Part shown: piece by piece, positions 39,843 through 54,529 of the stretch
How positions within the stretch are numbered: position 1 is the stretch's first letter
How the letters are laid out: every line of letters starts with the position of its first letter
From: Bugula neritina
Taxonomy: Eukaryota; Animalia; Bryozoa
Assembly: GCA_964035545.1 (NCBI GenBank)
Contig: OZ037773.1
Location: 9,515,751 to 9,579,750 of the forward strand
Direction of reading: 5' to 3'
DNA: 64,000 nt
Notes under the pieces: generated by a model
Told to the model about the DNA's origin: nothing
Databases searched by the model: none
The model's input: only the letters and a program-made list of their open reading frames with translations
Translations under genes and position numbers: made by a program

Positions 39843-42800
39843 TCTAGCTGTTAATAGAATAATAATATGCTAGCTAGTAAGATTAGGAAAACACACTCAA
39901 AATGAGTGAAAAAATGCTAGTAAGAAATTCACGCGATAATTATTGAAAGTATACACAAATTTACTACAATATTATACTATTTAAAGAATATTGGGATTTC
40001 ATAATAATGTGTCTCTGCTAAACACATAATATATCAATAATATCTGTATGCATATGTCTGTGGACAAACAGTGCACCATCCAATTACTTAATATACTTGA
40101 ATACAGTTGGGTAACAACTTGACCAAAGTGTAAGCAAATTATTAATAGCTTTATTATGCTTTCGATTTAGTTGCTTAATAATTTAAAATAAAATAACAAA
40201 TTTATGATAATGAAACCTTCTATAGAACCGTACAAATTAATGTACTTGTAACATATGCCCACACATGTAATTTTAAACTGTAAAATAACAAAAGCTACAA
40301 CAAAACTAAAATATCCAGCAATAGCATTATGACTAGTTTTTATAAAAATAAAATGCATAATTATTCTGAAATTAATTTGTTCAACTTGTATATTTGACCT
40401 ATTTTTCAAAAAGTAACACTATAATGAGCTTTATCGTATAGCATGCTTACTTTCATTTTTAAACAAGAAAAAACTTTCATACAAAAATACATTGTTAGAA
40501 TCCCTATTGTTTTGCACTGGCAAAAAATGGTATAATATCTTTAGTATTGCAGGGAAAAACTTGCATAAATCCATTTATTATTTTTACACTGAATATTTTC
40601 AGGTCAGAATATATACTGCGATTTTGCCAACATATTTTTATTTTGAGTGTTTATCAAAAGTTTTCTCCAGTTGTATCTTACCCATTGAATGAATGAATAG
40701 AGTTTCAGCTGCAATTAGTTATAACTGGGGATATATAGTTATTCTAAATTATTATAAATATTTTTTTTACAATCGAATTTTATCATGGTCATGGCAGACG
40801 TTTGAACAAGTTATATGGTAAAGAAAATCTGTTTTCCCCATGTTCTAGCTCAAGTAGCTGAGTTATCTGAGATGGCTGAAGTACTATTAATATATCTTTA
40901 TGAATTGTAACTTGTTCTATCAGTTGATGTTGGCTTAGTGCACTACTAGCTGTTTTAACCCTATAACTGTCTCCTTTACTACTGACTGCATGGTTATCCA
41001 CTCAGCTGATAAAATTATGTTCTGCTTTAAACAGAATAAAGTCATACTAAATAAAATATTATTTTCCTTAATAACTTTTTAGGAGACTCTGTAAGCTGTT
41101 TGCAGAACTTTGCTTATCTGATGTACACAACTTTAATAGGATTTATGATAAGAGAACAGAAGCTGGAAATAGTTTCTGTATAAGAATAAAACAGTTACAC
41201 CTTTCTGCAAGTAACTTCTTCCATAATTGTCTGTAGTATATATAGGCTAGGCAGCTGACAATTTATTAGTAAGTCACAAAGTATTAGTTAGGCTGAGATT
41301 CTAGTAATTGTATTCAAATATAGCTAAACTGTGAGCTCTCTATGCAATGGCTTTATATTATTCTTTGCAATGAGTTACCAAAAAACAGCAAGCATTGCAG
41401 AAAATTGTTGCTTTGTTTAAAAGTTAATTGCTCCTTTGTTCTATAAATATAAACGCTGTAACCATGCAACAGTATCTATGGTAAACATAGGAAAATGCAG
41501 TTACTGTTGTCCAAAATAAATTGTCCTTTTGTTATAAATAAATATTAGAGTACTTAAACAATATCATATACCAAGCATGCAGCAGTATTTAGCACAGCGC
41601 ATCGAAACAATGATTGTTATTGTCCAGAATCAATTAAAGTCAATAAAGTTTTCAAACAGTATGTCTGCTTTGTGCTTAACACCTGACAATGGAATCACAG
41701 TGTGTGTATAGTGTGTGACTAAATTGCAACGTAATTCAATTTTTTCAGCATTGTGAGCATTTTGATATCTACTATCAAAACTCTTTTTATACAATCAATG
41801 TAAGAATATTGGCAACTGATTGAATAATTATCAATCATAATGCTTTTGTTGGATATTAGCAACTGAAAGGAAAGCTTTAAATTAATATGTTTTCAAATAA
41901 AAGTATGCATGTCTTGTATAAATATTACCAATTGTTATGGTTGATTACCCACACAAGACAAAGGCAGTGAAATAGTATCAGGTCAAAATTTAGTTGAAGT
42001 ATCAGTCATCACTTTATGGTGGCAAGATTGTATTCCTATATCTGCCTATTGTATCTTGCTTCTTGAACACAACTATATAGTGTACAGGTGTGTTCCCATG
42101 CTCTATAGAGTCTAGCATAACTAGCTTAGTTATCTGACATGGCTGATATACATTTATTATCTTCATGAATATAAATTGGTTTTATCAGTTAATGCAGGCT
42201 TAGTGCTTTTATTAGCTGTCTCTGCCATGCTGCTTTCTTTACTGCTGGGGAAATCGTGTTATGTCTAAAATGGATAAATTCATACAAATTAAAAATTACT
42301 TTCCCAAACAGCAGAAACATCTATCTGTCTATAGGTGCTGCTGTGAATAATCAGCATAACTTCAATTAATATCTTTGCGCTGAGTCAAAGAAAAATAAAA
42401 ATAATTACAGTAAACTTTCTGAAACATCATGCGTTTGATTATCTTACTTTCATCGTTTGTATGTCAATATAATTTGGACTGTATGTGTGTTGGTTGTAAC
42501 TTTTTTCTTCATTTGTACCTTATCAATCAAATGAATTAATAATATTGCATCCACAAAAGCTATAAATATAAATGTACCGCAGTTGCTTTAAATTAGTCTA
42601 AATCTTCTCATATAACCTGCTTTATCATCATGCTGGTAGGCATTTGAAAAAGGTATAATTAAGAAGCAAAAAATTCGCTTCTTTTGTTGTTTAAATAATA
42701 GAACCTTAGAGCATTAAAGAATTCAATCATGAGGATAAAATTTATGATCATGATCCTAAATTTTTATCTAATTTTCAGTATTTAACTTTTCAAGACTTAG

Positions 42801-43008
42801 AGCTGCTATGGCCCTCAGGCTACACTTACTTAATATTTACGGATAGAATATGTTTGAGAAATGTTTGAGCAGATCAATGTCATAATTGTTATGTTGGAGT
42901 ATCGGAATGTCTTATAATTGTTATAAATATGCAGACTCAAGGTTTACATCTCTTGAAAAATTACATTAATGAGAGACCTTTAGCATGGAATGCAAGAGTC
43001 CATATATA

Positions 43009-43930
43009 CCCAACTAACAAGAAACGTTTATACAACCTTTGGATGTGTTGTCAGAAGGTTTTGTTCACAACATTAGAATCAAACATTTCCGTTTAACGTT
43101 ATGGTAATGTTTGATAAATGTTTAAAGTCAACATTTTGGTCAAACATTTAACAAATGTTGAGAAAAGTTGTTGTATAAATGTATATCACAACGTTCATTA
43201 AATGTTTGACCCAAACGTTGTAACAAAACATCCATTAAACGTTGGTAGAATGTTTCAAAGCAACGTTTGTTCTAAACATGAAATTAACGTTATAACCCAA
43301 CGTTTAATAAATGTATTTTTCAAAGGTTTATTAAGTGTTTGAAAAAAAGGTTGTATTAATGTTGTTTTCAAAACATTCTATCAACGTTTTGCACAAACTG
43401 TTTCAATAAAACATTAATACAACGTTTATACAACATTTCAATACAACGTTTCTTTCAAACGTAACCACAATGTTTTAATTCAACGTTCAATACATGATTT
43501 TTACCAAGGTTAATAGAATGTTTGATAAAAAGGTTGGATCAATGTTTTTTCAAAATGTTTTATAAATGTTTTAACTAAATTGTTTTACTAAACATTTATA
43601 CAACATTCATAGAACATTTCAAACAACGTTGTTCTGCAAACATAAACATAACGTTTTAACCCAATGTTAAAGAAACGATTGATACCAATGTTGTTCAAAT
43701 GTTTGATAAAATGGTTGCATGAATGTATTTTGAAATGTTGTATAAACCTTTTTTCAAAAAGGTTTTCAAAAAACATCAATAAAACGTTACTTCAACATTT
43801 CAATGCAACGTTTTTTCTCCAATATAAAGTTAATGTTATAAAACAACGTTACTAAAACAGTTTCTCAGTAAGGTTACTAAAATGTTTTAAAAAAATGTTT
43901 CATCAATGTATATTATAAACGTTGTATAAT
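43009..43930 (+). mobile_element. End of a non-autonomous DNA transposon with AACGTT/AACATT subterminal arrays (CMC/EnSpm-like)
   Basis: Starts abruptly with CCCAACTAACAAGAAACGTT, then dense AACGTT/AACATT/AATGTT motifs with a ~180-bp internal repeat. No matching second terminus seen. Confidence 0.55.
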
Positions 43931-46900
43931 CTATTTTTACACAACTCAAATATTTAGTTTTGTAGTTGGAGTTGCGGACTCTCTCTATTTCTACAACTAT
44001 GCTTATAATTATTTTATAGTGTTATATAAAGTTTGATGTAAAGCAAGAACTTTTGTAATTATAAACAAAAATTTATTAGAGCAAAGAAGAAGATATCTAA
44101 AGTGTTTCCTAATAAAAGATTGAAATTGAAGGGCAACTTTTTACTGGTTATGGCAAGTTATTTTTATTGATAATTGATGACAATATAATGAAGAAATTTG
44201 ACCTGTTGAGTAGGAAAACTTGGGCTAAAAAAACATAAACAGTGTATTTATGAAAAAACTAAATAACAAGTTTATTGGGTGATCATGAATTTAATTATAG
44301 TGGGTTGCATAAAAGCTAGCGTCAAAAGCTATCTAATAGCTTGCTTGACAGCTATATATAGTGATTAAAACAAAACGTTTAATAATTTACAAAATGTGCT
44401 TGCTGCACTTTAAAAAATAACGCTGATGTTAAATTATGCGTCAGTTACCGGAGTAGTATTGCGCAATCTATCTTGAGTAAAAATTCGCTTGATTGGATGA
44501 AGTTTTTAAGAGTTGTCTGTTACTGAAAATATGTCTTTTGAAAATTCGTTCAGGTTAGGTTTTGTTGAATCTTAATATTCAAAATTGAAATTGCACCAGA
44601 GTTCTGTAAATAAAATATTGTAATGGACTTGAATGTTATATGTCTGAAATTTAATTAAGTCGAAGTGTAACATAAGGCGTTACTGTGAAATATTTTCCTT
44701 CAATTTTGCCTTCCAATGCAACTAGGATAATGTATATTGGAAATATAACTCCTTATTAAATTATAATTAGGTTTTTACGTGTGCACGTGTGCATTTGTGC
44801 ACATGGTTCGTGCATGTGTGCATTTTTGCCTGTTTTGGTGTAAATAAAATTAAAAACAACTCTATTTTGAAATTCATTGTGGGAAACTAAGTTGTATTCT
44901 TATATCAATTCAAGTCCAATGCTGCCACTTGAAAAATTTTTAAAAAGTAAACAGATTTTTTTTTAAATGCAACTATGTACATAATAGATACTAGGCATAA
45001 TTATAGACAGCTTTTTTCTTATGGTAGCTTTTAGTCAACAAATAAACTAGAAATTAACCTATTAAAAGCATGCAAATGCCTTTCCTACTCAACATGAGAT
45101 TTTGTTTCAAAATTATAAAACAGCGTTAACTGGAATCAATTGATATATATAGCTCTGTTAGGCGGCATCAAGAATTAGGCCATCAGTTGTAAAATATGAC
45201 TATCTACATCTATTTTATTTAACTAACAGTCATACTTCAACTTGTTTATTATTTTATACAAAATCGATGATCATTTAACTACCTTGCACTATACCTTGCT
45301 ATTTTGAAGATTGAATTTTACAGTTTATTCAAAGCAATTCTTTTGTTAGCAATATAAATATAATATCCTAAATCTGGAACTTCTTCATTATAAACCAAGA
45401 TGCAATGTCCATATTGTTGCAAATTTCTGATATCCTCTCTAGTTAGATAAATTATGTTGGCTATAGTTATATAGATAGGCTAAGAGCACTTGCATCGTTG
45501 ATATCCTTGGTAAAGCTGTAGGGAGCCAGATTTATATGTTTTTATCCGACTTATTATATAACCTAGATGTTTCAAGCAATGCAATATAGGATGTTAAACC
45601 AATTAAAATAATACAATCTTTTAAGAGGTATCCTTTCATTTGCTGCATTTACACAGGAAATATGTGAGCTGGTTTAGAATTTACAAACTTGTAGTATAAA
45701 TTGCAAATTTATATTCGGATTTTGCAATGCAGGTTTTTTAAGCTCTATACATCGGCACTGCAGAATACACCAGTGCACTGCTTTTCTTTTAGACTCTGAA
45801 TGAATAAAATTTATATCCTCCAAAACATGTGCCAGCCCTTCATTTGTAATGCAAACTTATCCTGAACTTTTTGCCAGTTGTATAAAGTCAATCAAAATTG
45901 TATACCTCAAACAAGATCCAAACAGATTTGCCGACATATAAAATCAAAATTCACCAAAAACACATTATAGTGTCTATAATCTTTTTATGCTCTCAATTTT
46001 AACCTTTATAATAAGATTTCATCTTAACTTCAAAACATGTTTATTTTTAACAATATTGGCCTATAAACTCTGAAGAACATGTAATTTTAATACTCCAAAA
46101 TATTACTTCTCAAAACATTGAAGACACCCTGAGATTCTACTGCCTTAGAACCTTTTTGACTTTTAGTTGTAACTTTTGTAGATTATAAATATTATCGATT
46201 AATATATTCTGTCATCGCAGATATAGATAGTTCCCATTTATTATAGATGCTAAGCTAAATTTCCTACTTGAATCTTTCTTACTTGGACACTATTTGCTTA
46301 TTTTTGTACAATAATATTTATTCTATATTTATTTGAATAATTTTAAAATATATAATAGTTAAATAAAGTTGGATCAATTGTTTGTTATATCCAGTACATG
46401 AATAAATTTCTGTGATCTGCATTGATTTTAATTTGATTTAATTTAATTGCATTTAATAATTTTGCATATTCTCTACTTCTTGTTGATTGAAAAATAATGT
46501 GTTAATAGGTATTCATTAAAAATAATGTTTATTATTAACATATTACTGTTTTTGCCATGAGCAATTCTGTGAAATGTGAACTATTATTCCGGATACTTAG
46601 ATAATTAGCTATTATAGCTATTATAGCATATCAGCTATTTAGCAATCAATCTACAGTTATATAGCTATATATATATATACACATTATAAAGGTACCAAAT
46701 TGAAAAATAGGTTTAACAGCTGGAAATAGTCTGCAACTAGACACGAGTTTTCCTTATAAACACCAGAAGACAATAAATTTCTATTCAGTGTTGAAAGCGC
46801 ATGCACCAGAATAAAGATTAGAAGCTTTCCTACCAATGAAAAGGGGATAAATCTAGTATATAATCATCTATAGCTCTAAATGGACCAGAGCTAAGTGACA

Positions 46901-48618
46901 TCATTACTATATTCTATTACACTAGAAGTATTAAACTTCATAAAAAGTTTTTGCGTGAGACAATAGATATGGATAACTATACTGAAGTTAATAGATATAT
47001 TATACTAGCTTACATATCTAACTGAGCTACTTATAGCAATAGTGCAGTGTGAATTGTGTGAATACTACTACAGTGTTCAGTAGTAACAGAGTAAACTATA
47101 AGTCTCATTTGCTGGCATACTTTGATTATATTTATAATATGCTGTGCATAATACCAGTATTTCAAACAAATTTTACAACTACTCAGATACTATTTGACAG
47201 AATTGATATTTCCTATGTTTTGTCATAGACCGGTAAAAATAACTACTCCTTGCTGTAGGCCACTTTAAAAGACTAGCTACTATATATTAGTTTTATGTTG
47301 ATTGACAATTGTAATTTTAATTTATTTGAGCAACTGAAAGCCCAAATTTAATAGTTATTTATTAATATTTTGCTGATAAGTTTTATTTCTTGTACATTAG
47401 CGTGGAACCTATTGGCTGGCAACGTGGATAGGCTATAATTTGCTTTAAGGGTGACTAGTCAATGTTCAATAGAATAAAACTGTTATAAAGTATTTTATTG
47501 AAATATTTTGTGTACCAGCCAAAATGCTTTGACAGTTGTACCCTGAACTATTTAAAGAGTACAATGCTAAATGGTGGAAACCAAGTACTTTATTTCTAAA
47601 CTGTAGGATAAATAGAGCAAGCTACAAAATAAAATATTTTAATAGCTTCAGTTGTTGCCTCTCCAGTTATATTTCAATGAACTAACTATTGTATTGGAAT
47701 CAAGCACAGCTTTTACAGATGGTCACAACTGTTATTAGAGCATAGCCACTTTATAATTGACATTTTCCTGTGAAACGTGTAAAACATCTAAAGAGCTTTT
47801 GTGAAAATAATCTTAGACTACGAATTTAAAGCAAGAAATACGTCATTTATGATGTGAAAAGTGATTTCTACATTTTGATTAAATTTGTTTGGTTGACTAA
47901 AAGTTTTAGGTTTCTAAACAAGGATGGTCAGCACTAGCATTTGCAATATATTTTTATGTCTCTTGGCATATTTTCTAAAAAACCCCAAAGAAATATATTA
48001 TCAATTTATGAAGTATGAAGTGTTATGTTTTTTAAATAAAAACACTTTGCAACTTGTAAGTTAAAATTTTTATGAAGTGCTTATTCTGATTCTTTATACT
48101 ATAGTAGTTGAAGCTTGTGAAGTAATAATTCCTTTGACATCCTTTTTTTTCAGAGCAACATTAAAAATCTTCAATGAGAGTGTTTGCCTATACAGGGACA
48201 AACAACTTTAGAAGTAAATAAAACTCTTAGAAAGATGGGTTTTGGGTTCATGAAAGCTACAAATGCTTATGTTTACTTTCACCAGCCAACTACTAATTTC
48301 AAAAAAGAATGCCTTTGTTTGCAGTGCTTTAATAACAACACCTGTATCATGTACCCCAGATGGGGTGATAGGCAAATACTGGTCTGTAACATACCATACA
48401 CAAAGTTAATATACATGAATGACATTTATCCATTGTACATTTTACTTTTAGGTTTTACAAATAAAAATTTATTACATCGAATTTTCTCAACAAATCAGTT
48501 TTTACATAAACTAGTGAATTTATCTCACATTGCCTATATTTTCACCAACTGATAGATAGAATTTGAACAATAGTGGTTAGAACAAACCCATCATATAGAT
48601 GCACTGAGCATGGAAAAC

Positions 48619-50014
48619 GGTTTCATCCCAGTTAGTCGATTTTTTATTTTGGTACAATATATATAACAATATACAAATATAACTGCTGCATTTACTGCTG
48701 AACATTAAATAAACTACTAAGCCAGCTATTTGTTTTAACTCAATACTAGTTTAGCTACAGTTTATTTTAGTCAGAATAACAGAGTAAAATGAACGAATGC
48801 ATTTCATGGTATATCGCGTACTGCTATATTGCAACTTTTTCTTATTATATTTTGTCTATCTTTTACCTTTAAGTTTAAGGTTTGTGCAAGATGGCTTCTT
48901 ATAGAAACATTGTTACTGTAAAAAGGCTTGCTGGTAGCTTCTTTACTTTCTATTGTGTGCTAAATAATAGCATAAAATACATATATTACTCTAAAATCTA
49001 TAAATATTTATAAAATATATAAATAGAAGCTTCCCACGTAGACAGCATCTATGTGATGATACCTGGAAAACACACAGAAATAATCTAATTTAAACAACTT
49101 AAACTAAGTTATACTGCAGTTGAAATTACAGGTATTTTAGTATAGGAAAAAAGTGGTAGTATAGTATGCATATAAATTTGAAATACTCATGCCTTATTAG
49201 CTTTAAAATGTTTAGCCTTATCATGAAATTTGAATCTACTGCATATATATAGTTTTAACATATAATGAGAGTACAATTATTCAGTGCTGAATAGCTGGAA
49301 ACGTCAGAATTGTAGCCAAGATTTATATTAATATTCAGTTTCATGTCATTTGGACTAACGTTACTCTGGTTTTGTAGTTTTACTTTGGTCAGAGTTTAAC
49401 AATAAGCTAAATGAGATGCAATGCAGACTGTGCATACGACTTATAAATATTTATTTATTTAGCAGAATAAACAGTAATGTATTCTATAAAGACTTAAGAA
49501 AATATGTACATAAGATTTGCATACCACAACTTAAAATCATTTTGTTCCTATAACCAGCAATGTACAATCATGAGGAAACATGATATCATCTTAGACTAGA
49601 GTATTGTAGTGCTGGTGAGGTTTCATACCACTTGGACTATTTTTTTATTTTGGTATAATATATATAGTAATATGCAAATATAATTGTTGCATTTACTGCT
49701 AAACATGAAACAAGCTACCAAGCCAGCTATTTGCTTTGACTCAATACTAGTTTAGCTACAGTTTATTTTATTAAGAATACCCCCCCCCCCCAATCAAATA
49801 CACAAATGCATTTCGTGGTATATCACGTACTGCTATATTGCAACTTTTTCTTATTATATCTTGTCTCTCTTTTACCTTTAGGTTTAAGGTTTGTGCAAGA
49901 TGGCTTCTTATAGAAGCATTGTTACTGTAAATGGCTTGCTGGTGGCTTCTTGGTTTCTGTTATGTGCTAAATATTAGTATAAAATACATATATTACGCTA
50001 AAATTTACAAATAT
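48619..50014. repeat. Diverged direct duplication of ~390 bp (48619-49007 and 49619-50014)
   Basis: Shared blocks such as CAATACTAGTTTAGCTACAGTTTATTTTA and GTTTAAGGTTTGTGCAAGATGGCTTCTTATAGAA, about 1 kb apart. Confidence 0.9.
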
Positions 50015-52407
50015 GGTATAAGTGAGACTGTCTAAGTAGAATGACATCGCTGGTATATCTCACCATAATAACTTAAATAAATTTTTTCAAGTTCAAGTGC
50101 GCGTTGCATGTTTCTAAAAATATTTGTAGCAACTTTTGCATATATTGAGCATAGAATTTATTAATACTTTAAAATTTAATCGTGGCCGCGCTGTTGAAAA
50201 TTATGCGTTTGAAAATATTCCTCAAGGCTTACTGGGCTGCTTATAGCTGCAGCTGTTGCTGGTACAACGGACAATACATTCTGTCCTTATTATAGCAACA
50301 ATGAGTTATTAAATTTAGCATTTGGGTGATTATGTAACATTTTGGAACTTAGTATGTAACTAATGAATTAGCTAGCTGGCATATAATGGGTTTGTTTATA
50401 GTTGAGCTATTATTTAGAATTAGTAACACAAATTCTGAGTGAAATATTCTAAGTTTTGTTCTTTGCTATAAGAAATTGTATCTACAATGTTTAGGAAAGC
50501 CCCCTGTGACAACTCCATGTAACAGATAGGGTGTCTGACAGAAATGGCACAGGTACATGCATGAGCAATATTGGCACAATTAATAATGGTAAGGTAATAA
50601 TGACAAATGAAAGAGTAGGTAAGATGTAACAGTGATGCTAAATATTTCCAAACCCCCAACTACCCACCGTTACCTGCAGTGTTGGTACTAATTAATTTAG
50701 TCTTACCAGTTTGAATAAAATCTATGTTTCAACGCAAGAACCTAGGTCTTAGACCAGCAAGATGTATTTCAAACTGTAATTAAGAATAGATGGCAAGGTG
50801 AGCTGAAAGTTTTACATGCAGTCCTTAGTAAAAATTATTGGTATAATCGTTTGTTGTACCCTTTATTATTAGAATTAGAAAATACAATTAGCCAGTAAAC
50901 ACTATACTACAATTAAGTATTAGAGGCTAAGGCAGTTCACAAATATACTACTTTAAGTTAAAATTTTATTGGCTGGGATAGCACTGAGTTTTAGCAAAAT
51001 AATCTTCACGTGGTAATTTTTTATCTATGCTTCCTAATGTACAAAACATTTGTCAGAATAGTTTCTATAGCTACATTAAAGTGCAAGTTTGGTAAATAGT
51101 GTAAAGCTGCAAATAATTCCTAATAACAGCCTAGGTAGCATCTTTATTTAAACAAGCACACATACTATCAACTATAACCCTTAAAAGCATGCAAGAATGG
51201 GGTTGGTGGGTTAGCTTGCTAGAATAGCTTACTTTAAGATTGTAAATTCAACACATAAGTTTATGAATTTAACATCATCATTATCAAAATTCCAAATAAA
51301 TATTTCATTCATGCTGTAATGACAAAGCAGCATGTATTTCAAGTTGGTACCCAGGTTAAAGATGGCAAGACTTGGTAATAATGGCACAAGCAATAATGGG
51401 GGGGGGGGGACGGTGCAATATTCTGAAGGTGCATTGCTCCTAAAATGCATTAGTCCGAAAATTAGTAGAATTATTATTAAAAATAAAATTATTTATTGAA
51501 CATTTCAAAAAGTTGCTCTGAGCAACAGGAAGATATGCAACATAGTTTTTAAATTTTAGGTTAGGTGAGGCTTCATTTAGCAAGCCTGAACTCTTATATG
51601 CTAATAATTTTGCCCTTATCAGTTATCTACATATCTTGTAGAGTTGTTTTGTTTGGGGTATGGTGTGCATGCAGCTTTGGTTATTTAATTTTAAGTAGCG
51701 TCCAAGATGTTTATCTTTTTTTGTCTTAAATGCTTGCATTTACTGATATTAAGAATACTTTTAGAGATTAAATGCGATATCAAATAATTAATTGCCAAGC
51801 CAGAAATTTACTATTTCATTGAATACCAATAATTTTTTGGCGCCAAAATAAAATGCAAACTATTTTTTATAAACTATGAGGTAAACTTTTATCAGGCTTA
51901 TCATAAATACAGTCCAGCAGACCCAAAATGTTTGCTTGGCTTTAATATTTTTACTTTAGTTTTTCAGTTAATAGTAAGCATATGAAAGGCCTATATAAGC
52001 TGACTGACATTAGCTAGAATAGAATTGCAGTCCCTATAGCCATTGAACTGGCTATTTTGAGTTCATTGCACATAGCTGTCATTTTTATATGAACTGTGAA
52101 ATAAAAATACTAATTAAATCACCTTTGCACAACACTCAGATGAAGAGATGAGGAGATACTAATTCATAGATTACTAATTACAGGCTTGCTAGCTGACAGG
52201 CTAGTGAATAGCTTGCTGTATACTTAGTTTATGAGACAGACACAATAGAATGTTGATATATTATGTAGCCCTGATTGAAGCAGCATCGTAAAGTAATCTC
52301 AGGCTAAAAAAATTACAAGTAGGCCACACGCATGCCACCTACAGCTAGCAATAATATAGCAAGATCGTGAGTGAAATTTATGATATTCTCAGCGATATAA
52401 TACTATC

Positions 52408-52706
52408 TCTACTAATTTTAGGACTAATGCACCTTCGAAGCAATGGGCCTTCCAAATATTGATTAATCACCAAATAATGGTACACTTTCAAAATTAGGGT
52501 TTGGGGTCAGAGTTTGGAATAGAGGTTTGAGTTTGGGGTTGGATTCCAAGGTTGGCGGCTTGGGTTTCAGGTGGGTGGTTTGGACTTGGGGTCTGAGAAA
52601 ATTTTACATCAGTTTGTTATTTTTACCTAACTTTCCATTTGTGCCATTATCACCTGTGCTATTATCACCTGTGCCATTTTTACCTGTGCCATTTTTACCT
52701 GAAATC
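52408..52706 (-). mobile_element. Second copy of the 25360-25626 repeat family, opposite orientation
   Basis: G-rich GGGTTTGGGG tract and tandem CCTGTGCCATTTTA. Its left part (52408-52461) has an inverted partner at 51416-51469. Confidence 0.6.
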
Positions 52707-54529
52707 ATTGCAAGTGATTGGCTAAAAGAAGATATATATATATGCACTAACATTCAGTAGTAGAAAAAAATGTCTTGTCTCATTATGTGACAGATTGGTG
52801 TTTAGTGGTCATTATTTCAAATTAGTCCCATTGCTTCCAACTGAGGTAAACTAATAAACTACAAAAATATCACTCAGCTACGTAGGCCATATTAATGCTT
52901 TGCTTATGTATTTTATACAACCAAATGTTTGCAGGAGCACGGTATATGTTTATCGTTGAGTAGTAAACAAGGGGTTTAATGCTTATTCAAATGAAGGACT
53001 ATTACATAATAATATTGTAAGAGCCTACTTAAATTTTAAGATTACATGGAAATAATGCATCAAAGCATAATATTTATAAGACTTATTTACTTAAGATTGA
53101 GATAAATATATAGCAGTAACTATCGAACTATAGTTTCAGTTCAGCAGCAGTAACTTATAGCTGTTGTTAGTTCCAGTAAAACAAAAGAGCAATGTTTAGA
53201 CTAAGTTGCCCTGTTTAATAATACTGTACCAGATGATTACACATGCATATTTTGACGACTGGGTATATACTTTATATGCTTTACTTTCCAAGACTACTGG
53301 CTTTGGCTAAAACAGTTAAGCTACTATATATAACAATTTCTAGTGAGGCAGCTAAGCAGCTTGTAGATAACCAATTTATAGTGGCAAAAATATAAATATA
53401 GCAATTAGCTATTTATATTTATGTTTAACTTTAGACCTGGACTTTGAAGACAATCTGCACTCTCTATTTATTAATTCTGGAAGGCACCCTATTCTAAATA
53501 AAGACAATCTTTTAGGTTGACGTATAAATAGTTATAATATATAGTTATATAACTCCAAATCCCAAACCTGACTAAAGCACCTTAAAAACCCATTAGTCAA
53601 GCAGCTTTAATAGTTACTCCAGCCTTGAATGCAAGTAGTTCATTCAGGAATGACTTTAGGCGCAACAAGTTGAGCAATGAGTTATGAACAGTTGTTAGGA
53701 TAAAAATTTCAAAACTAACTAACTTTACAACTGAATAAAAGTTGTTAATCATAGTTTTTTTAGCTAGCATTGTTATATAGCATTATATTTGTGAGCCGTA
53801 CATGAAAAGGTATCTATTGTATGTGATAATCATATGCTAACCTAATCGAAGTACAGTATATTTTGCCAAACACAATTTTAAATGAATTTCCATTATTTTA
53901 GTTGTACAACATATACCGGCAAATTACAAATATATTATTTGATGAAGAATCTTTCAAGAGATCCATTGATGTATTAAGACTGGTCTAATGATCAAAGAGT
54001 ACTTTTATAAATGTTGGTGTTATAAAGTCTCCAAATAAACCCTGTTATTAAACCTATTCAATGCTATATAATTCATAATAACAGTCCAGACATTATTTCT
54101 TTCAATTATTAGCAAATTTACGTATGACTCATTTAACTTTTTAACTTTTCAGAGTCATTGAGCTTTATTCTACAAGGCTGCATCATTACAAGGCTGCCAA
54201 ATAGCTAATTCCTTTAAGTTATAAAAGCAATGCAAAATGTACTGCTAATTTTAGTATTCTAGTATTGAATTAAAAGTTATTAGCTGGCTTTGTAGCTTTT
54301 CATTTATTCAGATTTATTGTCTATAGTGATCTATAAACTACTGAGGTGCATTTTTAACATTGCTTAAATAAATCTTGAAGTAATTTGGTCTAAAGCTAAA
54401 ACTTTAACATAGGCGGTATCGTTTGTACATTTACTGGGCGTACTCGCTCAATTAACCTGTGTATAGAAAAATTTAAAAAGACATAATACATGTATCTGTG
54501 ATTTGGGAAGGGTTAAGACATAAATAAAT

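Noticed and set aside
45300-46200. Possible decayed coding sequence on the minus strand
   Set aside because: Only short open stretches, with no motif I can recognise.
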